A DNA stretch of 64,000 bases from Pedosphaera sp. (GTDB lineage: Bacteria > Verrucomicrobiota > Verrucomicrobiia > Limisphaerales > SIBH01): contig JANOQV010000159.1 in the NCBI GenBank assembly GCA_031414955.1, forward strand, positions 1-64,000, in the 5' to 3' direction. Positions 17,733 to 28,646 of the stretch are shown piece by piece (position 1 is the stretch's first letter; every line of letters begins with the position of its first letter). Both the position numbers and the translations under genes were made by a program. Below the pieces are notes generated by a model. It did not search any database. It worked only from the letters and a program-made list of their open reading frames with translations, and had not been told where the DNA came from.

Positions 17733-19057
17733 AGCAGCTCGTCATCCTCGCCGGCGGCAAAGGCACGCGCCTCAAGGATCGGCTCGGCGATTTGCCCAAG
17801 CCGATGATTCCCATCGCGGGGAAGCCGCTGCTCGAACATCAGGTCGAACTGGCCCGCGCGCATGGCTTCGAGGAAGTCCTGATCTTCGCCTGTTATCGCG
17901 CGGACTTGATCCAGGCGCATCTCGGCGACGGCAGCCGGTGGGGCTTGCGTATCCGCTACATCATCGAGAAAGAACCGCTGGGCACGGCAGGCGCGGTGCT
18001 GGCGGGCTTTACCGAACTGGCCGATCGGTTCGCCGTGATGTATGGCGACACGATGGTGAACCTCGACCTGACGCGCTTCTGGCAGGCCCACGAAACTTCC
18101 GGTGCCGAGGCCACGCTGTTTCTCCACCCGAACAACCATCCGCTCGACTCGGATCTGGTGGAGGTGAACACGGAGAATTGGGTCACGGCTTTCCATAATC
18201 GCCCGCATCCGCCGGAGGGGATTTTCCAGAACCTGGTCAACGCCGGGTTGTATGTGATCAACAAGTCGGCCCTCGCCCCGTGGTCGCGCGACGTGCAGCC
18301 GATGGACTTCGGCAAGGACTTGTTCCCCGCGATGTTGCGGCGCGGCGCCAAGCTGCTCGGCTACAACAGCCCGGAGTTCATCAAGGACATCGGCACGCCG
18401 GCACGCTACGACTGGGCCTGTGCACAGTATGCCGCCGGCATCATTCAGCGCAGCTCGCTCGCCATCCCGCAGCGCGCCGTCTTCCTCGACCGCGACGGGA
18501 CTCTGGTGAAGGAAGTCAGCGCGCAAGGTTTGCGCTCAATTGACGAACTGGAGTTGCTGCCCGGCGTGCCCGAGGCCATCCACGAATTGAACCATGCCGG
18601 CCTGCGCGCGGTGCTGGTCACGAACCAGCCGGTCGTCGCCAAGGGCTTCGTCACCGAGGCGCAGTTGCAGGAGATTCACAACAAGCTGGAGACGCTGCTG
18701 GGCCGCGAACACGCCTTCCTCGATCGCATTTACTTCTGTCCGCATCACCCGGAGAAAGGTTTTCCTGGTGAGCGCGCGGACTTGAAGATCGAGTGTGACT
18801 GCCGCAAGCCGAAGATCGGGATGATTCAACGCGCCCAGCGCGACCTGAACATTGAGCTCAAGAATTCCTGGCTCATCGGCGACACCACGACCGACGTGCA
18901 GACCGCGCGCAATGCCGGACTGAAATCAATCCTGGTGCGCACCGGCCACGGCGGCGCGGATGCGAAGCACAGCGCCACGCCGGATTATGCGTGCGACACT
19001 TTGCTGGAGGCCGTGAGGCTCGTGGTGGCGGAGAATCACAAAGCCGCCCCGGTGTGA
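17729..19057 (+). CDS. fused sugar-1-phosphate nucleotidyltransferase (HddC-like) and GmhB-like heptose-1,7-bisphosphate phosphatase
   Basis: ILAGGKGTRL..PKPM, EPLGTAGA; FLDRDGTL, VTNQ, CPHHP..CDCRKP, IGD...D. Confidence 0.88.
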   Translation: MKQLVILAGGKGTRLKDRLGDLPKPMIPIAGKPLLEHQVELARAHGFEEVLIFACYRADLIQAHLGDGSRWGLRIRYIIEKEPLGTAGAVLAGFTELADRFAVMYGDTMVNLDLTRFWQAHETSGAEATLFLHPNNHPLDSDLVEVNTENWVTAFHNRPHPPEGIFQNLVNAGLYVINKSALAPWSRDVQPMDFGKDLFPAMLRRGAKLLGYNSPEFIKDIGTPARYDWACAQYAAGIIQRSSLAIPQRAVFLDRDGTLVKEVSAQGLRSIDELELLPGVPEAIHELNHAGLRAVLVTNQPVVAKGFVTEAQLQEIHNKLETLLGREHAFLDRIYFCPHHPEKGFPGERADLKIECDCRKPKIGMIQRAQRDLNIELKNSWLIGDTTTDVQTARNAGLKSILVRTGHGGADAKHSATPDYACDTLLEAVRLVVAENHKAAPV

Positions 19058-19174
19058 GGTTGCGTTCAGCCGCACGTCTTTCATGGGCCGTAACTCGTGG
19101 GCCGCAGCCTGGTGAAGGATTCCTCCCAGAATAGAAGCTGCAAACGTCCGGCGCTTCCGTACACTGCGCTCACC

Positions 19175-20221
19175 ATGTGGCGCATCATTTCCCTGCTCGT
19201 GTTCGGCCTGCTGTCGCAACTTTGCTTCTCCCAACCCGCTCCCACGGGCGCACCGCCCGACGCCGTGCAACAGCGGCTCAAGTCGTTGGAGGAAGCGATC
19301 ACCTTCATGAAGCATGACCTCGCCAAGCTCTCCGGCGACGGGCAGTGGTTCCAGCGCCTCGGCGACCTCGCGACCGTGGACAAGGTGCGCTTTACCGGCC
19401 CGCCACCGCGCACGACCAACAATCCCACCGCGCAGGATGCTGGATTGGAAGTCCTCATCTCCGCCTACACTTTCATTCCCAAGCGCGCCGTCGACATCAA
19501 GCTGCCGCTCATCGTCTTCGTTCACGGCGGCGTGCATGGCGACATGAACCCGGCGGGTAATCTTCACCTTGTGCGCGAACTGCTCGAACAGGGCTACGCC
19601 GTCATCGCGCCGGATTATCGCGGCAGTTCCGGTTACGGCGCGACTTTCTGGAAACAGATTGATTACGGCGGACGCGAAGTGGACGACGTGTTCGCGGCCA
19701 AGCAATGGATGCTGGAGAACCACGCGGAGATCGACGCCGCGCGCGTCGGCATCATCGGCTGGAGCCACGGCGGATTGATCACGCTCATGAACCTGTTCCA
19801 GCACCCGAAGGATTTTCGCGCGGGCTATGCCGGCGTACCGGTGAGCGATCTGGTGGCGCGCATGGGTTACAAAGGCCAGGGCTATCGCGATGAGTTCTCC
19901 GCGCCCGGCCACCTCGGCAAGTCGGCGGAGGACAACGTGCAGGAATACCGCCAACGCTCGCCGGTCACGCACGCGGCGAAATTGGAGTCACCGCTGCTCA
20001 TCCAGACCACGACCAACGACGAGGACGTGAACGTGTTGGAGGTTGAAGCGCTGATCAACGCGCTGAAGGCGGCGGGAAAGAGTTTCCAACATCGCATCTA
20101 TACCAACGCTCCAGGTGGGCACGCCTTCAACCGGCTGGACACGAAGTTCGCCCGCGAAAGTCGCCGGGAGATTTATGAGTTCCTGGCCCGGCACCTGAAG
20201 CCGTCGAATCCGCCGAAGTGA
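19175..20221 (+). CDS. S9 family peptidase / alpha-beta hydrolase, secreted
   Basis: VHGG, DYRGSSGYG, GWSHGG nucleophile motif, GHAF; signal peptide. Confidence 0.85.
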   Translation: MWRIISLLVFGLLSQLCFSQPAPTGAPPDAVQQRLKSLEEAITFMKHDLAKLSGDGQWFQRLGDLATVDKVRFTGPPPRTTNNPTAQDAGLEVLISAYTFIPKRAVDIKLPLIVFVHGGVHGDMNPAGNLHLVRELLEQGYAVIAPDYRGSSGYGATFWKQIDYGGREVDDVFAAKQWMLENHAEIDAARVGIIGWSHGGLITLMNLFQHPKDFRAGYAGVPVSDLVARMGYKGQGYRDEFSAPGHLGKSAEDNVQEYRQRSPVTHAAKLESPLLIQTTTNDEDVNVLEVEALINALKAAGKSFQHRIYTNAPGGHAFNRLDTKFARESRREIYEFLARHLKPSNPPK

Positions 20222-20250
20222 TCGAAGTTGCCTAAGAAAGCAGGAGAAAG

Positions 20251-20288
20251 AAAAAGGGCCGCCATCGCTGGCGGCCCTGGATTTTTTA
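20251..20288. terminator. bidirectional intrinsic terminator
   Basis: aaaaa-gggccgcca-tcgc-tggcggccc...tttttt between convergent genes. Confidence 0.75.
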
Positions 20289-20303
20289 GGAGCGGACCAG
20301 AAA

Positions 20304-21164
20304 TTATTTCGCGGCACCCTTGTGGTTCTTCACGAAGTCCACGCACTGGGTGATCTCGGGCACGCTGGTGGTCCAGTTGTACTCGTACTCGACGGAAATG
20401 TTGCCCTCGAAGCCCTGCTTCTTCAGCTCGTCCAGGCAACGGCCAATCTCGCCCACACCGGTGCCGTAGGGCACGTCGTGGCTCTGACCAAAATCAACTT
20501 TGTCCTTCATGTGGCTGCTGATGATGCGGCCCTTGAGCACGCGCAGGCACCAGACCGGGTTCAGTCCACTGGTCTGCCAGTGGCCGGTGTCGGCGCAGGC
20601 ACCGATGCGCGCGTCGCGGCCTTTGGTCACCTCCAGGATGTAATACGGATCCCAGACCTTGTAGTTGGGATTGTTGGGCTGGCGCGGATGATCATGAATG
20701 CCCACGCGGATGTCGAACTCCTTCACCAGCGGCTCAATGATGTCGAGCTTGGTGGCGTCTTCGGTGGTGATGCCGTAGAGGCCGATCTTCTTGCCGAACT
20801 CAAAAATCTTGCGCCACTCGGTGGCGTCTTTGCCGCCGACCACGCCGTAGTTCACCGCCTTGACGCCATGCTCCTTGAGCTTGGCCTGGACCTTGGCGAT
20901 CACCTCGTCGGAGGAGTTGTGGTTCCACGACACAGTCGGCTCCTCCTTGCTCAGCTTCTGGCCGGGGTAGAACTCGATGACCTTGCCGCCGCACTGGGCC
21001 GTCTTCTCGATGGCCTCGAAAACGGAGTAGCGGTTGAAGCTGTAGGCCTGGGCACCGATGGCGAAGCCGTTCTGCTTGAACTGCTCCGGGATGGGTTCCG
21101 CGCCCGCGACGGCAGTGAACAGGGTCGCGACGACGCACGAGAGATAGAGAGACTTTGCTTTCAT
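20304..21164 (-). CDS. exported sugar-phosphate isomerase/epimerase family (xylose isomerase-like TIM barrel)
   Basis: [36 protein letters not shown]. Confidence 0.85.
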   Translation of the reverse strand: MKAKSLYLSCVVATLFTAVAGAEPIPEQFKQNGFAIGAQAYSFNRYSVFEAIEKTAQCGGKVIEFYPGQKLSKEEPTVSWNHNSSDEVIAKVQAKLKEHGVKAVNYGVVGGKDATEWRKIFEFGKKIGLYGITTEDATKLDIIEPLVKEFDIRVGIHDHPRQPNNPNYKVWDPYYILEVTKGRDARIGACADTGHWQTSGLNPVWCLRVLKGRIISSHMKDKVDFGQSHDVPYGTGVGEIGRCLDELKKQGFEGNISVEYEYNWTTSVPEITQCVDFVKNHKGAAK

Positions 21165-21294
21165 AATTATTCGCAACTGGTGTGCGCGAATAGCACTCGC
21201 GGCGCGAGGGACTGTCAAAACAAAAACGGCGCGGCGTGGGCGTGGAATTGGAATTGGAATTCATCTTGCCTTGCACGACACTCCGCCTCCCAAA

Positions 21295-23010
21295 ATGAAA
21301 ACGAAGAACAAACGCGCCGCGGCGAAAGCAAACAACGAACGCTTTTACTCCGCGCAGGTCGTCGATGGCGTCGAGCGCGCCGCCAGCCGCGCCATGCTTT
21401 ATGCCACCGGGTTCAAGGAGGCGGACTTCCGCAAGCCGCAGGTCGGTGTCGCCTCCACCTGGAGCATGGTCACGCCGTGCAACATTCACATCGACCAACT
21501 CGCGGTCAGCGTGGCGCAGGGCATCAATGAGGCCGGCGGCAAGGCTGTCGTGTTTAACACCATCACCATTTCCGACGGCATCTCGATGGGCACCGAGGGC
21601 ATGAAGTATTCGCTCGTCTCTCGTGAAGTTATTGCCGACTCCATCGAGACGGTCGTGGGCTGCGAGGGCTTCGACGGCGTGGTCGCCATCGGCGGCTGCG
21701 ACAAGAACATGCCCGGCTGCATCATGGGATTGGCGAAGCTGAACCGTCCGGCCATTTTCGTTTACGGCGGCACGATTTTGCCGGGCGATTACCACGGCAC
21801 GCCGGTGGACGTGGTTTCCGTGTTCGAGGCTGTGGGCAAGAACGCCGCCGGCACGATGAGCGACCAGGAAGTTCATGACCTCGAAGCGGTGGCGATTCCG
21901 GGCGCCGGTTCGTGCGGTGGGATGTACACGGCGAACACGATGGCCTCGGCCATCGAGGCGCTCGGCATGAGTTTACCGAACAGTTCCGCGCAAGCCGCCA
22001 TCTCCGGCGAGAAGACCAGCGACTGCGAGCGCGCGGGAGCGGCGGTGCTGAACTTGATCAAGCAAGGCATCCGCCCCAGCGACATCATGACCAAAAAGGC
22101 GTTCGAGAACGCCATCACGCTCATCATCGCGCTCGGCGGTTCGACGAACGCCGTGCTGCATCTCCTCGCGATGGCGCACACCATCGGAGTGAAGCTGACC
22201 ATTGATGACTTCACGCGCGTGGGCAAACGCGTGCCGGTGCTGGCCGACCTCAAGCCCAGCGGCAAATACGTCATGGTCGAGCTGGTGAAAATTGGCGGCA
22301 CTGTGCCGTTGATGAAAATGCTGCTCGACGAGGGTTTGATGCACGGCGACTGCCTGACCGTCACCGGCAAAACACTCGCGGAGAATTTGCAAGACGCGCC
22401 GGATTATCCCGCCGGCCAGGACGTGGTGCGCCCGTTCAGCAACCCGATCAAGAAGAACAGCCACCTCGTCGTGCTCTACGGCAACCTTGCGGCGACGGGT
22501 TCGGTCGCGAAAATTTCTGGCAAGGAAGGGATGAAATTCACCGGCAAGGCGATCGTGTTTGAAAAGGAAGAGGCGGCGCTCGCCGCCATCCTCGACGGCA
22601 CGGTGAAGAAGGGCCACGTCATTGTCATCCGTTACGAAGGGCCGAAGGGCGGGCCGGGAATGCGTGAGATGCTTTCGCCGACTTCCGCTGTCATGGGCCG
22701 CGGTCTCGGCAAGGACGTGGCGCTGATCACCGACGGACGTTTCTCCGGCGGCAGCCACGGCTTCGTGGTTGGCCACATCACGCCCGAGGCGCAAATCGGC
22801 GGCCCCATTGCTATCATCAAGAACGGCGACCCGATCACCATCGATGCCGACAAGCGGCAGTTGAACCTCGACATCCCGGCCAGCGAAATCAAAGCGCGGC
22901 TCAAGAAGTGGAAGGCACCCAAGCCGCGCTACACCCGCGGGGTGCTGGCGAAGTATGCGAAGCTGGTCACCTCCGCCCACCTCGGCGCGGTGACAGATGC
23001 GGGGTTGTAA
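21295..23010 (+). CDS. ilvD: dihydroxy-acid dehydratase
   Basis: [60 protein letters not shown]. Confidence 0.97.
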   Translation: MKTKNKRAAAKANNERFYSAQVVDGVERAASRAMLYATGFKEADFRKPQVGVASTWSMVTPCNIHIDQLAVSVAQGINEAGGKAVVFNTITISDGISMGTEGMKYSLVSREVIADSIETVVGCEGFDGVVAIGGCDKNMPGCIMGLAKLNRPAIFVYGGTILPGDYHGTPVDVVSVFEAVGKNAAGTMSDQEVHDLEAVAIPGAGSCGGMYTANTMASAIEALGMSLPNSSAQAAISGEKTSDCERAGAAVLNLIKQGIRPSDIMTKKAFENAITLIIALGGSTNAVLHLLAMAHTIGVKLTIDDFTRVGKRVPVLADLKPSGKYVMVELVKIGGTVPLMKMLLDEGLMHGDCLTVTGKTLAENLQDAPDYPAGQDVVRPFSNPIKKNSHLVVLYGNLAATGSVAKISGKEGMKFTGKAIVFEKEEAALAAILDGTVKKGHVIVIRYEGPKGGPGMREMLSPTSAVMGRGLGKDVALITDGRFSGGSHGFVVGHITPEAQIGGPIAIIKNGDPITIDADKRQLNLDIPASEIKARLKKWKAPKPRYTRGVLAKYAKLVTSAHLGAVTDAGL

Positions 23011-23028
23011 GGCACTCGCTGCTTCGTC

Positions 23029-23682
23029 ATGCCCAAGTGGTTGAAGTTCATTATTGGGCTGATGCTTCTGCCCGTGTGCTTCGGCGCGGCTTCGGCCTTG
23101 TCGCGGGTCATCGGCGCGGCAGGAAACGCGCACACCTTCTGGGTCGCCTTCCTCGGCGGCGCGGCCTGCTGGCTGACGGTGTTCCTGCTCCTGCCCAAGC
23201 CCATGCTCATCTACGTCTTCGGTCACGAACTGACCCACGCAGTCTGGACATGGATCTTTGGCGGGCGGGTGAAGAAGTTCAAAGTTGGATCCAAAGGCGG
23301 GCACGTCATCATCACCAAGTCGAACTTCCTCATCGCGTTGGCCCCGTATTTTTTTCCGCTCTACGCGGCGCTGGTCATTCTCGTTTATGTGCTCGGCCAT
23401 CGCATCTTGGACTGGCAGCGCTATCGCGTCTGGTTTCATTTTCTACTCGGCGCGACCTACGCATTTCACCTGACGCTCACTTGGTACATTCTACAGACGC
23501 GGCAGTCGGACATCACCGAGCAGGGCTATTTGTTTTCGGCGACGGTCATCTGGATTGGCAACGTGCTGGTGCTGCTGATCGGTATTCCACTGATCACTGC
23601 GCGCGTTCGCCTCTTCGACGTGTGCGGTTGGTGGATGGAGGGCACGGCGCAGGTATTTCACTGGTTGGCACGCGCCTTGTAG
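23029..23682 (+). CDS. membrane protein with HExxH motif (M50-like metalloprotease)
   Basis: Multiple TM segments; YVFGHELTHA; IALAPYFFP. Confidence 0.65.
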   Translation: MPKWLKFIIGLMLLPVCFGAASALSRVIGAAGNAHTFWVAFLGGAACWLTVFLLLPKPMLIYVFGHELTHAVWTWIFGGRVKKFKVGSKGGHVIITKSNFLIALAPYFFPLYAALVILVYVLGHRILDWQRYRVWFHFLLGATYAFHLTLTWYILQTRQSDITEQGYLFSATVIWIGNVLVLLIGIPLITARVRLFDVCGWWMEGTAQVFHWLARAL

Positions 23683-23745
23683 CGACAAACCACTTGCATT
23701 GCCCAAAACATTGCGGCGAAAGTCGCGCACGGTTTTTTGCGTTCT

Positions 23746-24216
23746 ATGAACCTGGCGGACATTCTGAGCCCTGAGCAAATCATCCCTGAACTCAGGGCCA
23801 CGACCCGGTGGGAAGCCATCGACGAGTTGATCGAAAATCTCGTCGCCACGGGGAAGATCAAGCCCGAGCATCGCGAGCCAATCACGGCCGTGGTGCGCAA
23901 GCGCGAGACTTCCATGAGTACCGGCATAGGCTTCGGCATTGGTATACCGCACGCCAGCACCGACTTGATTTACGAAGTAGTCGGCGCGCTGGGCCGCTCG
24001 GGCAAGGGGGTGAACTTTGATGCGCTCGACAGCCAGCCGGTCAACCTCGTCGTCCTCTTCCTCGTTCCCCAAGGCCAGTTCCAGAAACATCTCCACACGC
24101 TCGCCGAAATCGCCAAGCTGCTGCACAAGAAGGAATTCCGAAAGCTGCTGGAGGTCTCTCCCGACGCCGCCTCAATTTTCCAGACGATCAAATCCCAGAC
24201 CGCCGCGAAGGCGTGA
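23746..24216 (+). CDS. PTS EIIA domain protein (PtsN/fructose-mannitol type)
   Basis: RETSMSTGIGFGIGIPHA; FDALDSQPV; HLHTLAEIAKLL. Confidence 0.9.
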   Translation: MNLADILSPEQIIPELRATTRWEAIDELIENLVATGKIKPEHREPITAVVRKRETSMSTGIGFGIGIPHASTDLIYEVVGALGRSGKGVNFDALDSQPVNLVVLFLVPQGQFQKHLHTLAEIAKLLHKKEFRKLLEVSPDAASIFQTIKSQTAAKA

Positions 24217-24448
24217 GCTTTTCCAATCCCCAACCAGCGAAACACATGACTTTCTACCTTCAGCCGCAGCCTGGTTCCGGTGAGTCGCGCTGCATTGGCG
24301 AGAGTGGCGCGCGTAAATTGTTTGTCCGGGGCGCGCGCCCGGCCCGCACTTCCACCAGCACTCTGAACACCACCGCCCCCCGCCAAGGCACCGTGCCCTT
24401 TTGCTTCGCCCGCTGTCCGGCCATGGTCTCGATTTATCTCGAGCGTTC

Positions 24449-26218
24449 ATGATTCATCTGGGGATCGAACAGCGGCTTCGCGCCGTCGTCGCACGAGTCC
24501 TGCCCGAGGCCAATCTTACCACGGTGCTGGTTCGCCCGTGCCCGGATCCGAAGTTTGGGGATTACCAGAGCAACTCGCTCATGGCCCTGGCCAAGGAGCG
24601 CAAGATGAACCCACGCCAGCTCGCCACCGAGGTGCTGGCGCGACTCGACCTGAGCGACACTTGCGAGAAGGTCGAAATCGCCGGAGCCGGCTTCTTGAAT
24701 TTCAGGGTCAAGCAATCCGCCATCGCCGCTGTGGTCGCGGCGGCGGTGCGTGGCGAACATCTCTTTTTCAGCAAGGCCGCGCAGCCCCGCACTATCGTCA
24801 TCGATTTCAGCTCGCCCAACGTGGCCAAGCCGATGCACGTCGGCCACAATCGCTCCACGGGCATCGGCGATTCGCTTCAGCACATCCTACGCCTGCTCGG
24901 CCATCGCGTCATCAGCGACAACCACATCGGCGACTGGGGCACGCAGTTCGGCAAGCTGCTCATCGGCTGGAAACAGAATCTCGATCGCGCCGCGCTCGAA
25001 CGCGACCCCATCGGCGAGATGGAACGGCTCTATAAAGTTATCAACGTCGAGTGCGATGCCACTCCGGCGCGGCTCGAAGACGCCAAGCAGGAGTTGGTGA
25101 AACTCCAGGCTGGAGACGCGGAGAACCTCGCCATCTGGCAGGAGATGATCCGCCTGTCGCAGGTGCAGTTCGACACCATTTACGGACGGCTCGGGGTGAA
25201 GTTCGATCACGCGCTCGGCGAAAGTTTCTACAACCCGTGGCTCGGCGGCGTGGTGAACGATTTGCTGGCGCGTGGCCTCGCACAGGAGAGCGAGGGTGCC
25301 ATCGGCGTGTTCAGCGACGGTTCGCTGCCGCCCAAGCAGGATCCCTTTCTCGTCCATCGCGAGGGCGAGTGGGTGGCCGACCCGGCACTGGTGCGCAAGA
25401 GCGATGGCGGTTTCAACTACATGACCACCGACCTCGCCACGGTGGATTACCGGCTCAAGACCTGGTCGCCCGACGAAATCGTTTACGTGGTGGACGACCG
25501 CCAGGCACCGCACTTCCGCAAGCTGTTCCTCATCTTCGCCCGCTGGCAGCCCGAGGCGGCCAAGAAGGTGAAGCTCGTGCATGTCGGTTTCGGGAAAATC
25601 CTCGGCGACGACGACAAGCCCTTCAAGACCCGCAGCGGTGACACGGTGAAGCTCGGCGACGTGCTCGATGAAGCGGAGGAGCGCGCGTTGCGGACCGTCT
25701 CCGAGAAAAACCTGGAGATGCCGGAAGCCGCACGCCGCGAGATTGCCCGCGTGGTCGGGCTCGGCGCGGTGAAGTACGCCGATCTGCTGCCCAACCGCCA
25801 GAGCGATTACGTGTTCAGTTGGGACAAGATGCTTTCGCTCCAAGGCAACACCGCGCCCTACCTGCAATACGCCTACGCGCGCATCCGTTCGATCTTTCGC
25901 AAGGCCGGGGACAATGCGGAACGCGAAACACGAAACGCGGAACTGGTTCTCAACGCGCCGGAAGAGCTGGCGCTGGCCCGGCACCTTCTCAACTTCGGCC
26001 TCACGCTCGAAGCGGCGGCCGAAGATTACCGCCCGAATTTCCTCTGCAATTATCTCTACGAGCTGTCCGGTTACTTCGCCGGTTTTTATGAAGCGTGCCC
26101 CGTCTTGAAATCAGAAGGATCCGAACGCACCTCGCGCCTGATGCTCTGCGATGCGACCGCGCGCGTGCTCAAGCAGGGGCTGGAAGTTCTCGGCATCGAA
26201 GTGCTGGAGCAGATGTAG
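24449..26218 (+). CDS. argS: arginine--tRNA ligase
   Basis: FGDYQSN, DFSSPNVAKPMHVGH, GDWGTQFG, FKTRSG, GNTAPYLQYAYARIRSI, ends EQM. Confidence 0.97.
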   Translation: MIHLGIEQRLRAVVARVLPEANLTTVLVRPCPDPKFGDYQSNSLMALAKERKMNPRQLATEVLARLDLSDTCEKVEIAGAGFLNFRVKQSAIAAVVAAAVRGEHLFFSKAAQPRTIVIDFSSPNVAKPMHVGHNRSTGIGDSLQHILRLLGHRVISDNHIGDWGTQFGKLLIGWKQNLDRAALERDPIGEMERLYKVINVECDATPARLEDAKQELVKLQAGDAENLAIWQEMIRLSQVQFDTIYGRLGVKFDHALGESFYNPWLGGVVNDLLARGLAQESEGAIGVFSDGSLPPKQDPFLVHREGEWVADPALVRKSDGGFNYMTTDLATVDYRLKTWSPDEIVYVVDDRQAPHFRKLFLIFARWQPEAAKKVKLVHVGFGKILGDDDKPFKTRSGDTVKLGDVLDEAEERALRTVSEKNLEMPEAARREIARVVGLGAVKYADLLPNRQSDYVFSWDKMLSLQGNTAPYLQYAYARIRSIFRKAGDNAERETRNAELVLNAPEELALARHLLNFGLTLEAAAEDYRPNFLCNYLYELSGYFAGFYEACPVLKSEGSERTSRLMLCDATARVLKQGLEVLGIEVLEQM

Positions 26219-26227
26219 CCGGCGAGG

Positions 26228-26363
26228 TGGGAGTAGTCGCGCTGCGACAACTCCGCCCGCGTTCAGCGGGCGGCCCGTGCGACGCACTACCGGACGAGAC
26301 CTCTCGCCAGTTCGTTGCGCCGCTGATGCGCGGCGCTACTTGTCGCAGCGCGACAAGTTCCAC
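26228..26363. repeat. REP inverted pair
   Basis: gtcgcgctgcgacaa ... ttgtcgcagcgcgac. Confidence 0.6.
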
Positions 26364-26462
26364 CCGTGCCCTGGTCTGACCGCCCCATTTTACCGCCGTG
26401 CCCGCGATTCAATTTGCCTCGCCCCGCCTCACTGCCTATAACCGCTCCACAGCACGACTGGC

Positions 26463-28646
26463 ATGGCTAATACTTCTCAGCTTCGCGGCAGATTCACCCT
26501 CACGTTGATTCTTTGGCTCGTGCTGCTCGGGGGCGTCGCGCGGCTGCCCGCGCAGTTGAACTTCGACGTGTTCGTCGGACACGGCCTCGGCCTTTCCGAC
26601 AGCACCGTCGCGGAAGCAAGTTGGTTTCCCGTCACCTGCGAGATTCAGAACGACGGCCCGAGCTTCCAGGCCGTGGTCGAGCTGACCGGCGGCCAGTTCG
26701 GCGGCGGCCAACTGCGGCGCATCGCCGTCGAACTGCCCACCCACACCAAGAAGCGGTTCACCGTGCCGATGTATTGCACCAGCCGCTACCGGACCAGTGT
26801 CGAGGCACGGCTCCTGAGCGAGAAGGGCAAGATCATCGCCGAGCGCACCGGTGTGGACGCGCGCACAGTGGTGGACTGGCAAAGCCCGCTCATCGCCAGT
26901 CTTTCGCGCACGCATGGCGGCGCGGCGGGATTGCCGGAGAGCGTGGGCAAGAACTCGCAGTTGCGTCCGGCCACCACGCATCTTTCGCCTGAGCTGTTTC
27001 CCGACAACCCGCTCACGCTCGAATCGATCTCGGCCCTCTACCTGCACTCCTCGAAAGCGGTGGAGTTGAAACAGCCGCAGTCCACCGCGCTGCTCGCGTG
27101 GGTCGAGGGCGGCGGGCATTTGATCCTCGGCGTGGAACAGCCGGGCGACGTGAACGGCGTGGCGTGGCTGCAAAGTTATCTCCCTTGCGCGCTGGGCGAC
27201 GCCGAGGTTCGCAAAGATCACAGCGCCCTCCAGCAATGGCTGCAAACACCGCGTGAGGAGGAGGCCGCCGCCCGCGCCCGGCAGAACCGCAACCGCCAGA
27301 ATCCCAATCAGCCGCAGATGGCGAACCCCTTCACCATGCTGCTCACCGACAACACTTTCGAATCCGCCGACCTGCCCGTGGTGCGCGCGACCTTGCGCGA
27401 TGGCACCGTGCTCATCGGCACGCCGGACGCGCCGCTGGCCATCCTGGCGGCGCGCGGACGCGGCACGGTCACCGTGCTGCTCTTCAGTCCTGAGTTGGAG
27501 CCGTTCCGCTCGTGGAAAAACCGGACCTGGTTCTGGGCGCGGCTCGGCTCCGTGCCCATCGAGTGGCTGGCCTCGGCCAACGTAAACAACAGCAGCTCCA
27601 TGTCGCTGGATGGAATCTTCGGCGCGATGGTGGACAGCAAACAGATCCGTAAGCTGCCCGTGGGCTGGCTGCTGTTGCTGCTGCTCGCCTACCTCGTGGT
27701 CATCGGCCCGCTCGACCAGTATTGGCTCAAGAAGATCAACCGGCAGATGCTGACGTGGATCACCTTCCCGACCTATGTGGTGCTGTTCTCGCTGCTGATT
27801 TATTTCATCGGCTACAAGCTGCGCTCCGGCGAGATGGAGTGGAACGAGTTGCACGTCGTGGATGTGACGCCGCACGGCGAGAAGTCGGATCTGCGCGGCC
27901 GGACCTTCTGCTCCGCGTATTCGCCGGCTAATGCGCGCTACGAAGTGGCGTCAGACACCGGCTACTCCACGCTGCGCGGCGAGATCGGCCAGGGCGGCGC
28001 GCAGGAAATCAGCAAGGCGGTGGTTGAACAGCGTGGAAACGGATTCGCCGCGCAACTGCAAGTGCCGGTGTGGACCAGCCAGTTGTTCGTGAACGACTGG
28101 TGGAAGCAGACCGGCACGCCGCTCAACTTCACCGTCACTCCGCGCGGCGATTCGTACGACGTGCGGATCGAAAATCCTTCCGGCAAAAAAATCCCGCAGG
28201 CGCGGCTCATCGTTGACGGGCGAATGCACGAGTTGGGCGACGTGACGAAGGGAGGTCCCCGCCTCATCAAAGCGCAGGGCGGCACGCTCCTCCCGGCCTT
28301 CGTGCAGGTCAACGTCGGCCGGTTCAACAGCGCGGTGCAGCAGCGCCAGCAGCAGTTCGGCTCCAGCCACGGGGAGCGCCTCGATGACAATTTCGTCGCC
28401 ATCGCGGCCGCGTCCTTCCTCGCCACCGCCGTCCAGAGCGCCGACCCAGTTCAGCCAGGGAACCAATACTGGAGCCGCTTCGTCACGCCGCCCGGCTTCG
28501 ACCTCACGCCGCTCATGCAGCGCGGCGACGCCATCCTGCTCGCCTGGATGCCCGGTGACACCCTGGTGCCGACGCTGAACAAGTTTTCCCCGCGCCACTC
28601 GAGGAAGGACACGGTGCTGCGCGTCGTGGTTCCAATCGGAAAATGA
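26463..28646 (+). CDS. membrane protein with GATase1-like periplasmic domain, ABC-system associated
   Basis: Signal peptide; ALLAWVEGGGHLIL, GRGTVTVL; two TMs around YLVVIGPLDQYWLKK...W.T.P; overlaps the ABC ATPase gene. Confidence 0.65.
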   Translation: MANTSQLRGRFTLTLILWLVLLGGVARLPAQLNFDVFVGHGLGLSDSTVAEASWFPVTCEIQNDGPSFQAVVELTGGQFGGGQLRRIAVELPTHTKKRFTVPMYCTSRYRTSVEARLLSEKGKIIAERTGVDARTVVDWQSPLIASLSRTHGGAAGLPESVGKNSQLRPATTHLSPELFPDNPLTLESISALYLHSSKAVELKQPQSTALLAWVEGGGHLILGVEQPGDVNGVAWLQSYLPCALGDAEVRKDHSALQQWLQTPREEEAAARARQNRNRQNPNQPQMANPFTMLLTDNTFESADLPVVRATLRDGTVLIGTPDAPLAILAARGRGTVTVLLFSPELEPFRSWKNRTWFWARLGSVPIEWLASANVNNSSSMSLDGIFGAMVDSKQIRKLPVGWLLLLLLAYLVVIGPLDQYWLKKINRQMLTWITFPTYVVLFSLLIYFIGYKLRSGEMEWNELHVVDVTPHGEKSDLRGRTFCSAYSPANARYEVASDTGYSTLRGEIGQGGAQEISKAVVEQRGNGFAAQLQVPVWTSQLFVNDWWKQTGTPLNFTVTPRGDSYDVRIENPSGKKIPQARLIVDGRMHELGDVTKGGPRLIKAQGGTLLPAFVQVNVGRFNSAVQQRQQQFGSSHGERLDDNFVAIAAASFLATAVQSADPVQPGNQYWSRFVTPPGFDLTPLMQRGDAILLAWMPGDTLVPTLNKFSPRHSRKDTVLRVVVPIGK

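Noticed and set aside
24830..24870. ArgRS HIGH region reads HVGHNRSTG
   Set aside because: The HxGH core is intact; ordinary sequence variation
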